A stretch of 64,000 nucleotides of DNA from Candidatus Aminicenantes bacterium (GCA_030603565.1 JAUVXM010000003.1:1359-65358), one strand, 5' to 3'. Shown: positions 19,730 to 30,567, counted from the first letter of the stretch. Program-made: numbers and translations. The notes: generated by a model from the sequence alone, not told the origin.

Positions 19730-20314
19730 TTGCCAAACAGTAAAGAGAAAGAACAGCCGATGTTAAATTTTACAATCGAGACTCTCAATCTATCACGCCA
19801 ATATGGAAAACTTACCGCTGTTGACAATCTAAACCTGAAAGTCCCTTTCTCGAGTGTGTACGGCTTCTTGGGGCCAAACGGCGCAGGCAAGACTACCACG
19901 ATTCGCATGTTGCTTGGCCTTATTCGCCCCACACAAGGTCAAGTGCAATTGTTCGAGACACCTCTTGAGAATAATCCAATCACACTTCTAGGGCGTATGG
20001 GCGCATTGGTCGAGTCGCCATCGCTCTATCCGCACTTGACGGGATATGAGAATTTGGAAGTCACGCGAAGGCTCACCAGAGCAAAACGCGAACAGATCAC
20101 GCGTGTGCTATCCATTGTGAAGATGGAACAGGATGCTCATCGCCGCGTCCGTGAATACTCACATGGGATGCGCCAACGTTTGGCTTTGGCGCTTGCATTG
20201 CTCAGCGAGCCGGAACTGCTCATTTTGGATGAGCCCACGAACGGGCTTGATCCCTCTGGCATCCGCGAAATGCGGGAGTGTAAAAGGCAAGGACTTTTAC
20301 ATACCTTGCGGTAA
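19730..20314 (+). pseudogene. ABC transporter ATP-binding protein, truncated after Walker B/D-loop
   Basis: GPNGAGKTT (Walker A), YSHGMRQRLALA (signature), LLILDEPTNGLD (Walker B/D-loop), then premature stop at 194 aa with no H-loop or C-terminal domain. No permease partner follows; a repeat solo-TIR and an AT-rich tract lie downstream. Confidence 0.6.
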
Positions 20315-20407
20315 GGATAAATACATAAGTCGAACGAAAACAAAGTTTTCAAAGTGTTTCCCCAAAAATCAAAGGAACATACTGAAAATACAGAAATTAA
20401 ATTAAAC

Positions 20408-20434
20408 ATCGACATTTTTTATGAATAGTTCAGG
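20408..20434. repeat. Solo right TIR of the MITE family
   Basis: atcgacattttttatgaatagttcagg. Confidence 0.55.
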
Positions 20435-20537
20435 TTAATAGGAACACCCATTATATTTCTGTTTACCATTGGCATTGCATCTCAACTTTCCCTTTCCAGC
20501 ACTTCCTGCTAGAATAAAATCTCATCGCTTCGCTCCG

Positions 20538-20605
20538 GCGAGGGGGTGGGATTTTGCACCGGAATCAGGTGGGACTTTCCCTCCGGAATGGGTGGGTATT
20601 TTGTA
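20538..20605. repeat. Iteron-like tandem array, about 2.7 x 23 bp (GGTGGGAYTTTSCMYCGGAATSA)
   Basis: ggtgggattttgcaccggaatca / ggtgggactttccctccggaatg / ggtgggtattttgtattg in a roughly 600-bp AT-rich intergenic tract. Confidence 0.4.
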
Positions 20606-21010
20606 TTGTATGAAGCTTTTTATAAAAAAATGAGAGTTTTAATCAGGGAAAAAGAAAAAGCTCTGCGAATTATCCAAACAGCAACAAATTATGAAACAGG
20701 TTTTTATGCTATTTGCGAAAATAGATTAGTATGTATTGCGGGAATATTAATATAAACACTAAAGATAGTGACGTAATAAATCTATCTAAATTCGAATATT
20801 TTGTCTGTTTTCTGTCCGGAAATAATTTTGTCATTTTTCCTGGAAAAACATGGCTGCATGATTCCAATCTGCAATCACATTTTGCACAAAATGAATAAAT
20901 TATCAGCGAAGTAAATATTAGAATTATCGCAATATATAGCACAGCACTTATTAATGAAAACTTTGCAATCGAAAATAATCCAATACAAATTGTAACCATG
21001 AAAAAAGAAA

Positions 21011-21038
21011 TTGACAATTTTGTTTTTCATGGTATACT
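21011..21038 (+). promoter_or_regulatory. Sigma-70-like promoter for the AAA ATPase gene
   Basis: TTGACA - 16 nt - TATACT, ending about 5 nt before the ORF. Confidence 0.4.
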
Positions 21039-21044
21039 TTAGGT

Positions 21045-22202
21045 GTGATTAAAAGAAAAAAATACATAAGGTTAATAAAAAGGGCGCTTGAACGAAGCCG
21101 GGCTGTGGCGCTTTTAGGCCCTCGCCAATGTGGAAAGACCACCTTGGCTCAAGAGTTGGTCGATATTCATTCCCCAAATTATTTTGATCTGGAAGATCAA
21201 AGTAGTCTGATCGCTCTGGCTAATCCCAAGAGTGTTCTTGAACCTTTGAAGGGTTTGGTTGTTATAGATGAGGTTCAGCAATGCCCCGAACTCTTTCCTG
21301 TTTTGCGCGTCCTTTTAGACCGAAAACCCCTGCCTGCAAAATTTCTAATTCTTGGAAGTGCATCACCGGACCTCCTACGACAGTCGTCAGAATCCCTTGC
21401 AGGACGATTGGAATTGATTGAAATGGGCGGGTTTGATCTAGCGGAAATCGGGCAGAATAAAGATTCCTTGCTTTGGTTGCGCGGCGGATTCCCGTTATCA
21501 TTTTTATCTAAGAATGATAAGGATAGCTTTGCCTGGAGAAAAAGTTTTATTAAGGCATTTCTTGAGAGGGATTTACGGGAACAGGGAATTGACCTGCCGT
21601 CTGTGACTCTGCATCGTTTTTGGGCCATGCTTGCCAACAGTCATGGCCAGATTTGGAATGCGGCACCGATTGCCTCTTCATTAGGGATATCGGAACCCAC
21701 GGTCAGAAAATATATGGATATTTTTACAGGTGTATTTATGGTGCGTCAACTTCAGCCTTGGTACGCAAATATCAAGAAGCGTCAGGTCAAATCTCCAAAG
21801 GTTTATATTCGTGATACAGGAATATTGAATTCATTTTTGGAATTGAGGTCTGAAGCTGAAATTTTGCGTCATCCTTCCTCCGGAGCGTCTTGGGAAGGAT
21901 TTGTCATCGAACAATTGATTCGCTCCCTTGAACTGGACTATGTCTATTTCTGGGCGACGCATCAGGGAGCGGAGATCGATCTTGTTTTCTCAAAAGGCGG
22001 AAGAATGTTCGGCATTGAGATCAAACGGGCGGACGCGCCGTCCATGACGCCCTCCATGCGCATTGCACTTGACGATTTGAAGCTAGAACACATCGTCGTC
22101 GTTTATCCTGGGAAGAAGTGTTACTCGCTTCATAAGAAAATTGAAGTCGTTTCTTTGGATGAAATTTTGGGCGGGATGAACCATATATTTGGAAAAGGAT
22201 AA
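21045..22202 (+). CDS. AAA-family ATPase (AAA_14 plus DUF4143 type)
   Basis: LLGPRQCGKTT (Walker A), VVIDEVQ (Walker B); C-terminal DUF4143-like region. Confidence 0.75.
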   Translation: MIKRKKYIRLIKRALERSRAVALLGPRQCGKTTLAQELVDIHSPNYFDLEDQSSLIALANPKSVLEPLKGLVVIDEVQQCPELFPVLRVLLDRKPLPAKFLILGSASPDLLRQSSESLAGRLELIEMGGFDLAEIGQNKDSLLWLRGGFPLSFLSKNDKDSFAWRKSFIKAFLERDLREQGIDLPSVTLHRFWAMLANSHGQIWNAAPIASSLGISEPTVRKYMDIFTGVFMVRQLQPWYANIKKRQVKSPKVYIRDTGILNSFLELRSEAEILRHPSSGASWEGFVIEQLIRSLELDYVYFWATHQGAEIDLVFSKGGRMFGIEIKRADAPSMTPSMRIALDDLKLEHIVVVYPGKKCYSLHKKIEVVSLDEILGGMNHIFGKG

Positions 22203-22964
22203 AAACAGTCAAATGCAAATTTTGAACCTGTGACTTATATCGTGTGTAAAAGGTACAAAAAAAAGAAAAGGAAGTTTAGAAGGCATAACAATCGGATGCT
22301 GCCGACAGTCATAAGAACACGGATTCATGCAATATCCGCAGCTGAGCCTCAACGTTATACTTCAACTAATATATCCAGCAATAAAGCCGAAATAATTTGT
22401 AAATAAAAGGTGATTGGTCATCTTTAAAGGGGACAGGTGCTTTAAAGAAGAGCACCAGTCCCCAGAATGACTGCAAAGCAACTCCTCCCGGATTCTATAT
22501 GTCAACTCTCCCCCCCAAATCACAAGTCAACATTTTTATTCACTTTTCGTATACATATATATATAGTGAAAAAGAAAAAAAGCCCCCTAATCAGAGTCAG
22601 GCTGCTTAATTCTCTGCTCCGGGTTTCGGTGCGGGAAGCAAGGGCCGCCCGTTCTGATCCGGTAAAATCTCTGCGGTATGAGTAGCTAACAAACCATTTC
22701 CATAAAATTAAAGCCGGCTCACTTGAGCTGTTTATCCTTAGAATCGGATTGATTCCGGTTCTGGCCGCTTGGATCTGGGGCAGCACAGTATCGGACAATT
22801 GGTTTTTGTAATGAAAGAGGGAGATGTTTTTACTGAATTTCTTCGTTGAAGGAAATCCTTAGAAATGTGTCAAAATGAAATCATTGCTTGACAATAATTT
22901 CTATATTTTATATATATGGTTATATATATATTTAATTTAATTATTATACACATTGGAGTAGCTT

Positions 22965-23960
22965 TTGACCGATACTAAAATTATAAACGACAAGCTGACA
23001 AAAATTCCCTGCCTGCGTCTGGCAAACCGCCCGACTCCCATTGAGACCTGTCCTTTTCTCAAAGCCTGTCTTCAATCCTCCCCCAACATTTACATAAAGC
23101 GGGATGACTATATCGGATACCTGGTCGGAGGAAATAAAGTTCGCAAACTGGAATATATGATGGCGGACGCTGTGGAGCAGAAGACAACTGCCGTATTGAC
23201 AGTGGGTTCGGTACAGTCAAATCATGCCCGCACCACAGCCATGGTCGCCCGGAGATTCGGCCTGAAATGTGAATTAATCCTCAACGGCGACCCCCCCGAT
23301 CCCCCTTGCGGGAACTATCTGATCAACAGGAAGCTTGAAATTCCCATCCACCTTATACCGTCCCGGGAGGACCGCTGCCAAAAGATGGAATCCGTAGCCG
23401 CCCGAATGGAGTCAGAAGGAGAAAAAGTCTACCGTATTCCGCTGGGAGCATCGGACAGCCTGGGCACTCTTGGATTCGTCACAGCATTCGCGGAACTTCT
23501 GACGCAGGAAGCCGAGTTGGGGATCCGCTTCGATCACATCATCATCTCCAGTTCTTCCGGAGGAACCCAGGCCGGACTCGAGATCGGCAAACGCCTGTTC
23601 AATCGTCCGGAAATGGATATCATCGGGATCAGCCCCGATGACCCCAGTCAGAGCATAAAACAGACGATCATTGAAATAGGCCTTCCTGTTCTCAAAGATT
23701 TCGGATCCTCGCTGGGAATCTTGGAAAAAGAGATAGAAGTCGATGAGAATTTCATCGGAGAAGGGTATGGATCGCCCACACAAGCTTCATTGGAAGCCAC
23801 TAAGATGCTTAATCAACTGGAGGGCATCCTGCTCGATCCTGTCTATACAGCCAAGGCCGCAGCGGCGCTGCTGGCCTTTGTTCGAGCCCGCCGCTTCAAA
23901 CCAGATGGAAATGTACTTTTCTGGCATACCGGAGGCTTGATCAGCCTTTTTTGTCTCTAA
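22965..23960 (+). CDS. PLP-dependent D-cysteine desulfhydrase / ACC deaminase family protein
   Basis: GGNKVRKLEY (PLP-lysine motif of the ACC deaminase/DcyD family), SSSSGGTQAGL glycine-rich loop; TTG start with GGAG RBS. Confidence 0.75.
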   Translation: MTDTKIINDKLTKIPCLRLANRPTPIETCPFLKACLQSSPNIYIKRDDYIGYLVGGNKVRKLEYMMADAVEQKTTAVLTVGSVQSNHARTTAMVARRFGLKCELILNGDPPDPPCGNYLINRKLEIPIHLIPSREDRCQKMESVAARMESEGEKVYRIPLGASDSLGTLGFVTAFAELLTQEAELGIRFDHIIISSSSGGTQAGLEIGKRLFNRPEMDIIGISPDDPSQSIKQTIIEIGLPVLKDFGSSLGILEKEIEVDENFIGEGYGSPTQASLEATKMLNQLEGILLDPVYTAKAAAALLAFVRARRFKPDGNVLFWHTGGLISLFCL

Positions 23961-24245
23961 CCGGCTCTCAACCGTTATATCTATCTCAGCTTGCGCCAAA
24001 TACCATCCCACCGAACCTTCAGGCGCTTCACCCACCTTGTGTTCGATCAGGGCTCCGTTCTGCTCGCTTTCAGGATCCATCAGGCGAGCCTGGAATCCTC
24101 CCCGGTTGAAAGCAAAACCTAAGCTGTAATACTTATCACCAAGCAGATCCTTGAGATACGCTCCCATGGCCTTATATCCCGGCCCCCAACCGGCATTGGA
24201 AATATGCCCGTTATGCGCCCATACAAGGAGCCTGATAGATCCCAT
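23960..24245 (-). pseudogene. C-terminal fragment of a second erythromycin-esterase-family gene
   Basis: IRLLVWAHNGHISNAGW...YYSLGFAFNRGGFQA aligns with the C-terminal third of the intact Ere-like gene (IIVWAASFHNIRN...YSIAFTAYQGESG). No N-terminal two-thirds is present. The ORF-track extension below 23960 overlaps dcyD and is not homologous. Confidence 0.55.
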
Positions 24246-24333
24246 TGATCTTGAAAGCCAGATCTTTGGCCAAGGAGATTTCGAATCTTACATTGACGGC
24301 GTCTGAACAGGGACGTTTGAGGCCCAGCTCGAC

Positions 24334-24669
24334 ATGAGCCGGCCCGAATTCAAACAGATAATCCGACTGGCATCTGAATATAGAACTGTTCTGACACCTA
24401 CTGCGGTGGTTTTAGAGCCGATCGACCCATCACAGTGCAAGATGGATGAACAGAAATCTTATTTTACACCCGAGGCCTGGGCAGTGGTGGAGAAACGTCT
24501 GGCCAAACCACTATTCCCAAATGCGGCTGAGATAATGCGCAACTGCCGGGAATTCATTCACCAAGCCTGGCAGGCGGGCTGTATCCTGACAACCGGCACA
24601 GACCAGGTAGGATTTACCCTTCTGCCCGGCTACAGTATTTGGCGTGAAATGGAGATTTTTTATGAATAA
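24334..24669 (+). pseudogene. Internal fragment of an amidohydrolase-family gene
   Basis: GCILTTGTDQVGFTLLPGYSIWREMEIFYE matches the amidohydrolase ..GTD... PGxSLHxELELL block. Too short (111 aa) and lacks the N-terminal metal-binding HxH. Confidence 0.45.
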
Positions 24670-24744
24670 TCCAGGCTGCTCAGGGACTGACTTAATCTCA
24701 GGGAGAATCCATAATATGGACAAACCGGTAAATTTTACGGAATA

Positions 24745-24774
24745 ATTGATATTTTGGAATAACTTTTGTTATAA
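24745..24774 (+). promoter_or_regulatory. Sigma-70-like promoter upstream of the GntR gene
   Basis: TTGATA - 18 nt - TATAAT. Confidence 0.35.
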
Positions 24775-24804
24775 TATAAATTTATAAACGTCAGGGTTGC
24801 AAAA

Positions 24805-25785
24805 ATGATTAATTGGTTTATCGAAAAAGAAAACAAGATACCACTTTACCTTCAGCTTAAGGATCTGATCAAATATTACATTTCAACAGGTGTGCTCAAG
24901 GATCATCAGCAGCTACCAGGTGTCAATGAACTGGCTCGCCAACTTGACATAAACTTTGACACCGTCCGAAAAGCTTACAAAGAGCTCGAAAAAGAGTATC
25001 TGGTGACGATGAAAAGGGGCACCGGCACCTTTGTCAATCTGAGCGAATCCAGCCTTCCGGACATCACTCCGGAAACTCATTACGAGCTGGACCCGCTGGA
25101 GTCCGCCAGAATCCTGATCCGCCGGATGCTGAGACAGGGAATGACACTGCCGGCAATTGAAAAACTTGTTCAAAAAGCGATCACCGAAGTATCCTGGGAC
25201 GAAGAACGGCAGTATCTCATCTTTACCGAATGTAATATGCTTCAAGTTAAAGAGATATCAGCCATTCTGGAAGAGTACCTGAGCCTCAAGGTCCGGCCGG
25301 TCCTGCTGACAGATCTGAAGAAAGCGCTGACTTCGCTGCCAAAATCTAAGGGGAAACTGCTGGCAATCATTACAACCGGTTTCCATGTCAATGAGGTTCA
25401 AGGCCTACTGGGTAACCAAGCCGTCGATGTGCATGTATTGGTTACCAATATGTCTCCGGAAACTAGGCGTTTATTGGAGGATTACCGGGAAAATGCTCAT
25501 TTCGGATTTATCTGCCGGGATCAGAAGTCGATACCTTTCTACACAGACCTGCTAAAATCCGAACTCGGGCGGGATATAAAGTTTTCCTCCAGTACTCTGG
25601 CGGATAATTCCAAGATGCGATCGGTTATCGAAAAAGCGGATGCGCTGCTGGTGACTCCTCCTGTGTTTAAGGCCGTAAGTAGCCAGGCTCCGGATAACAA
25701 ACCTGTTTATAATGTTCTTGATCGAGTCGATCCCATGTCTCTCAGACTGTTGAAAGACAACATATTTCACATAAACCGCAGCTAA
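24805..25785 (+). CDS. GntR-family transcriptional regulator with uncharacterised C-terminal domain
   Basis: N-terminal winged HTH: PLYLQLKDLIKYYISTGVLKDHQQLPGVNELARQLDINFDTVRKAYKELEKEYLV..RGTGTFV. Confidence 0.75.
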   Translation: MINWFIEKENKIPLYLQLKDLIKYYISTGVLKDHQQLPGVNELARQLDINFDTVRKAYKELEKEYLVTMKRGTGTFVNLSESSLPDITPETHYELDPLESARILIRRMLRQGMTLPAIEKLVQKAITEVSWDEERQYLIFTECNMLQVKEISAILEEYLSLKVRPVLLTDLKKALTSLPKSKGKLLAIITTGFHVNEVQGLLGNQAVDVHVLVTNMSPETRRLLEDYRENAHFGFICRDQKSIPFYTDLLKSELGRDIKFSSSTLADNSKMRSVIEKADALLVTPPVFKAVSSQAPDNKPVYNVLDRVDPMSLRLLKDNIFHINRS

Positions 25786-25890
25786 AGAGACCGTCAGCCC
25801 TAACAGGACATCGCCGGGCAAGGGAGCTCAACATCATCCGATAATAATTGGGGGACCACATAATTAAAGGATATCTCTCCCAGGAATCCA

Positions 25891-26583
25891 TCAATTTTTT
25901 GTTAAAAGCAGAGCTTTGCCATTGAATATATTATTAAATTCACCTTCGGAAATACAGATTTTTCCATTTACCAGAACATAAGCGACGCCGGTGCTGTACT
26001 GGTGCGGTTTCAGGAAAGTCGCATTATCCCGGACAGTGTTCCGATCGAATATCGCTATATCAGCCTTATATCCTTCGAGAAGCAGTCCTCTTTTCCGCAG
26101 CCTCAGCAGCTGAGCCGGAAGGGAGGTCATCTTACGGATTGCCGCTTCCAAGGACATAAGCTTTTCTTCCCGGACGTATTTTCGCAGCACCCGGGTAAAC
26201 GAACCATAATTGCGGGGATGTGTCCCTCCCCGTCCAAATGGGATCGCTCCGCCGTCAGATGAGAGGTATTGATCCTGATGCCGGATTCACGTCCGATCGT
26301 GATAGTCTCTGCGACCGCTTCCCCTAGTTTTTCCTCTTCACTGCGCATATGGCTGGAGTAGATGCCGCCGTATGGTCCCAAAACCTGCCAACTGCACTGC
26401 GTTGGTGCCGATCCCCTGCTCATTCCAGAGTTCTGCGATCTCGGCAATATTAAGCAGCCCATAACCGCAGTTCCCCGTGACAACCGTGGTCACACCCTGG
26501 GATAAATAATTGACGATTTTACCTTCCGCGTTTATGATCCGGGCAGCCGAATATCCGGACAAGTCACCGATCTTTACAATCAA
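25891..26583 (-). pseudogene. N-acyl-D-amino-acid deacylase (D-aminoacylase, amidohydrolase family) split into three frames
   Basis: Frame A (26338..26583): GVTTVVTGNCG. Frame B (26127..26483): HMRSEEEKLGEAVAETITIGRESGIRINTSHL. Frame C (25891..26190): SLEAAIRKMTSLPAQLL..GYKADIAIFD. All are D-aminoacylase blocks in N-to-C order but in three different frames. Confidence 0.65.
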
Positions 26584-27143
26584 ATCGCCTCAAAACCGAG
26601 CTTGGTCAAACCGGTCAGATTCGGGACCAGAGAACCTCCGGCGAAGGCATTGCTGTAATGATGGTTAAATTGACAGATCCGCAGTCCCAGCTCATAAAAA
26701 ACATCCATCATTTCCAGGTCCTCGGAAATGGATTCCAGGCTTTGAAATTGCAGGAAAACAGCGATCTTCCCGTTCTTGTAGGCTTGCTTTATCTGGCTGC
26801 CCCGGGTAGCAAGAAAGAGTCCATCCTGGTTATCCCTTAATAATCGATTGGCTTTAACGATCGACTTCAGAGTAGGAACAAGACTGCGGATAAATTTCCC
26901 ATCCACGATATCACCAGCGGAAACATCCCAAATTAAACCGCTTAAGCCGGATTTCGCAAGGTCGCCTTTACGGGCGCCAAAAAAAGTCAGCCCATCAAAA
27001 TACAGGGGATGGGGAGGCTCTGCATTCCTGGCCGCTGAAAACCTCGATCCATTCAACATTAAGGCCGCCCCAGCTGCAGCTTTGGCGCTTCCGAATATAA
27101 ACTCTCTTCGTTTCATATTCTTTTTCTCCTTAAATTTAAGCAT
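26580..27143 (-). pseudogene. N-terminal fragment of a TAT-secreted membrane-dipeptidase (peptidase M19)-like gene, abutting the D-aminoacylase pseudogene
   Basis: MKRREFIFGSAKAAAGAAL (twin-arginine signal); LGLRICQFNHHYSN resembles the M19 GVRxLTLTHN block; only about 150 mature residues. Its stop overlaps the next reading frame by 4 nt. Confidence 0.45.
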
Positions 27144-27307
27144 TTCCGCCGGATTTTTTGCCCGGATATAAATATATTACAGCTTGACAAATTCCAGCCT
27201 CCTGATAATATGATTATATATATAACCATATGTTTAAGTAAATGATACAGTCATCATTAAAAAAATTCAAGTGTTAAAACGGCCCTAGGGGCTAAAGGAG
27301 GCATTTT

Positions 27308-28528
27308 ATGCAAAAAAATCCAGCGAAAAAACCTATTCCGACTTTACTACTTTTTATCAGCCTGGTCTTATCCTGCGTTTATGTCAATGCTGGAACAGAA
27401 ACGCCCAAAGAATTCCAACAGATCATGACAAAATTTAAAACCTTTTATGAAAAATCTTTAAAAAAACACAGTATTGTCGGCAGTTCCTTTATGTTTATTT
27501 ATGACAACCGAGTCCTGGCCCGGGAGGATTACGGGCTGGCCAATAAGGAACTTGACCGCCCGGTTGACAAAGACACCATCTTTCACTGGGCTTCAATAAC
27601 AAAAACCTTTTGCGGCATCGCTATAATGCAGCTGCGTGACCGGGGACTTTTAAAGTTGGATGATCCTATCATCAAGTACATCCCTGAACTCAGAAATGTC
27701 CACAATCCCTTCGGGAACATGAGTGAGATCACTATAAGGCATCTGATGAGCCACAGTTCCGGATTCCGGGGCTCATCCTGGCCCTGGAAAAGCAAGGCCT
27801 GGCACCCGCATGAACCTTTGCATTGGGAGCAACTGGTCGCCATGATCCCTTATACTGAGATCCATTTCAAACCGGGCAGCAAGTGGAGTTACTCCAATCC
27901 CGGCATAATTTTTCTGGGCAGAGTGGTGGAACTGCTAACCACCGATGACTGGGAAGTCTATATCGATAAAAACATTTTTAAGCCTCTCAAAATGTACCAC
28001 AGCTATTTCGACACTACCCCTTATTATCTGATGAAAGATAAAAGCCAAAGCTACTGGATCCGGAAAGGAAAGCTTGTCCCCGCAATCCCTGATGTCAATA
28101 CCGGCATCACTGTTGCAAACGGCGGCTTGAAATGCCCTTTTGATGACTTTTTTAAATACATCAATTTTCTTATGGGAGACGCAACCAAAACTGATATTTA
28201 TGACCAGGTACTAAAAAGATCCTCTCTGGAAGAAATGTTCCAGGCTCAGATCGAAATCGCCCGGTTCGAGGCTGATTTCCCAGGAGAAAACCGCCGGGAT
28301 TCAATGGGCCTGACATTCTTTCTTGAGGACAACTACAATATGAGTTTTGTCTGTCACAGCGGCGGGCAAAACGCTTACGTGACCCATTTTTATCTTAATA
28401 CCAAGGACCGTACGGCCTATGTGGTGGGATTCAATACAACAGGACGTGACAAGGAACAAAGCACCCGTGTTCTGGACCGGGAGATAAAAGAATTCCTTTT
28501 CCGGAACGTCTTCCCTCTTTTTAATTAA
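27308..28528 (+). CDS. Secreted serine hydrolase of the beta-lactamase/PBP4-like family
   Basis: Signal peptide; HWASITKTF (SxxK active-site motif); AAAGGAGG RBS. Confidence 0.8.
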   Translation: MQKNPAKKPIPTLLLFISLVLSCVYVNAGTETPKEFQQIMTKFKTFYEKSLKKHSIVGSSFMFIYDNRVLAREDYGLANKELDRPVDKDTIFHWASITKTFCGIAIMQLRDRGLLKLDDPIIKYIPELRNVHNPFGNMSEITIRHLMSHSSGFRGSSWPWKSKAWHPHEPLHWEQLVAMIPYTEIHFKPGSKWSYSNPGIIFLGRVVELLTTDDWEVYIDKNIFKPLKMYHSYFDTTPYYLMKDKSQSYWIRKGKLVPAIPDVNTGITVANGGLKCPFDDFFKYINFLMGDATKTDIYDQVLKRSSLEEMFQAQIEIARFEADFPGENRRDSMGLTFFLEDNYNMSFVCHSGGQNAYVTHFYLNTKDRTAYVVGFNTTGRDKEQSTRVLDREIKEFLFRNVFPLFN

Positions 28529-28546
28529 TCGAATAATCTTCTAAGG

Positions 28547-28586
28547 AAAAAAAGGCGGCTTTAAACGAAGCCGCCTTTTTTTATGT
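28547..28586. terminator. Bidirectional rho-independent terminator
   Basis: aaaaaaaGGCGGCTTtaaacgAAGCCGCCttttttt between convergent genes. Confidence 0.6.
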
Positions 28587-28596
28587 AGATAAGAAT

Positions 28597-30350
28597 TTAG
28601 AAAACAATTCGACATCCCAGCATAGCGATCCGAGGTGCTTGGATGCCCATAACCTGGTCGAGTTCATAATAAGGATTGCCGACCTGAGAATACAAGCTGG
28701 TAGTCCCATTAAGATTCAGCACATTGTAAACTTCTGCAAAAAAGCTCAACTTTACCTGCTTGATATTGAAATCTTTGGCGATACGCACGTCCCAATAATG
28801 AGTAAAAGGCGTCCGGCGCTTATCGGGGGCCTCCGCTGGAAAACTGGTCATGCCTTGATTGAGACGCGTCTGAAAATAATAACCATAGGGATAACCCGAT
28901 CTGCCATTATAGGCCGTGCTAAGGACAAAACCTAGAGGCGCCATATAGATTCCCTGGAACTTTATGACATGGGCGTGGTCTCCGCTTAAAAGTCCATAGT
29001 TGTTGATGGTGTAATTGGGATCGTTCCAGGGTCCGGTTGCCTTCATACTGCTCGATGTGCTGGTGGTACCTTTAAGCTGACTGTATGTGTAGCTCAGGCG
29101 AAACTGAAAGTTGTGCGACATGCGTTTTGTGAGCTCAAAAATTAGCGCCCGGTATGATCTTTCTGCGCGGGGATCATTATTATAGTAGTCTACCGGATCC
29201 GGAGAGTTCATGTTCCAGTTGTAAACAGTCATGGCTTCTCCGGTCAGCGGGTTGGTCACCTGGATCGGATTATACCATTCTTCAGTACGAGCACTGTCTA
29301 TGATAGTGATAAAGTCTTTGAACTGCCGGTCGACAAAATTCAGCTTGATCAAAAAATCTTTACCGATGTTACGCTCGACCGAGACAAACACCTCGTTCAC
29401 ATAGGGTCGCTTCAAATCTGAATCGATTTCAAAAGCATAGGGGGACGAAGAGAACAGCGGATAAAACTGTCCCGGGCCCAATATGTAGTACATGTTCATA
29501 GTAGAGCTATTGGGATTGAGTCCATAGAACCAGGTCCACATCATGGTGGCATAACGTGAAAAACTCAATTTTATCCCGGATTTTCCATCACCGAAGGGAT
29601 CGATCCCCAGGGCGATCCGCGGTTCAAGGGTTTTCCAATCAGCGATGGGCAGTTTGATTGTCTGCTGGTGTTGAGGCGGAGTATAAGCATCGATATAGTT
29701 AAAACGAAATCCAATGTTAAGATTGATGAAACGATTGATTCGCCCAGGAATCCTGTGCGAAAACAGCGAACTGATTATAGGGATCAACATTGGTGTCCAT
29801 CTCCGGAGGATCGAAACTGATGGACATATAAGGAACTCCGTTCATAGTGTAATACATGCCCATCCCGTATTCATCCGGGAAATAATTAGCGGCATTACGA
29901 GACTCTCCGCGCTCATATTCGATCCCGGCCTTCAGTTCATGGTCGCCTGCCATATCATCGATAAAACGGGTGATATTGACTTTAGCCTGCCAGCGGAGCC
30001 GTTCCTGTAAACAGTCATTGCTACTGCCCGGATCGGTCTCATCCACAACCGTCCCGGCCATGATAAAGATACCCTGATGTAAACTCTACCGGTTCACCGC
30101 TGCGAATCAATTCCTTCTGTGCGGGAAGGTTATCTATGTTATCCTCAAGATAAAGCCACTCCAAATGAACCCGGCCCTTGATCTGTTTTAATTTTCTGAC
30201 ATGGATAATCCCTTCTTCGCCGCCGGTCACAGGTTGCTGTGCGGATGCAGGAAAGAAAAATCCGAAGCCGAGCAAAATAAATATAAAAAAACCGCAGCGG
30301 AAAAACAACTTCTGTTGATACTTTTCATCTGCATATGACATTTCCTGCAT
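28597..30350 (-). pseudogene. Oar-like TonB-dependent outer-membrane barrel gene, frameshifted into three pieces and internally deleted
   Basis: Pieces 30039..30350 (signal peptide plus N-domain), 29717..30061 and 28597..29790 (barrel C-terminus ending ...RIVF). Paralogues 32499..35564 and 35839..38853 are about 1020-1040 aa, whereas this locus spans only about 580 codons. Confidence 0.6.
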
Positions 30351-30567
30351 AAATATTATAAGTCAGTCATTTCCTTATGTCCAGCAACGGTGATTACATT
30401 TTTCCCTTTTTCGGAAACGAACATGAAATTTAAAAACCAATCACTCGGTAACTGGCAACGATACGCACAGCTTATGATTTAACGGCAGGTGGTTCTTACG
30501 CCAGACGCGATGAATTTGAGGATGTCCCGGAATCCCTCTATAACTCGTTATTTGTGGGCTCACTTAA

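Noticed and set aside
20650-20672. DnaA-box-like TTATCCAAA suggesting oriC
   Set aside because: It is a single imperfect box with no cluster and no dnaA or dnaN nearby. Insufficient for an origin call.
22467-22798. ORFs 22467..22685 (+) and 22520..22798 (-) as protein-coding genes
   Set aside because: They overlap each other on opposite strands, have low-complexity composition and no RBS or family resemblance. Treated as non-coding.
23787-23960. 5'-distal part of minus-strand ORF 23787..24245
   Set aside because: It overlaps the 3' end of the well-supported dcyD-family gene. Only 23960..24245 shows Ere-family similarity, so only that portion is called, as a gene fragment.
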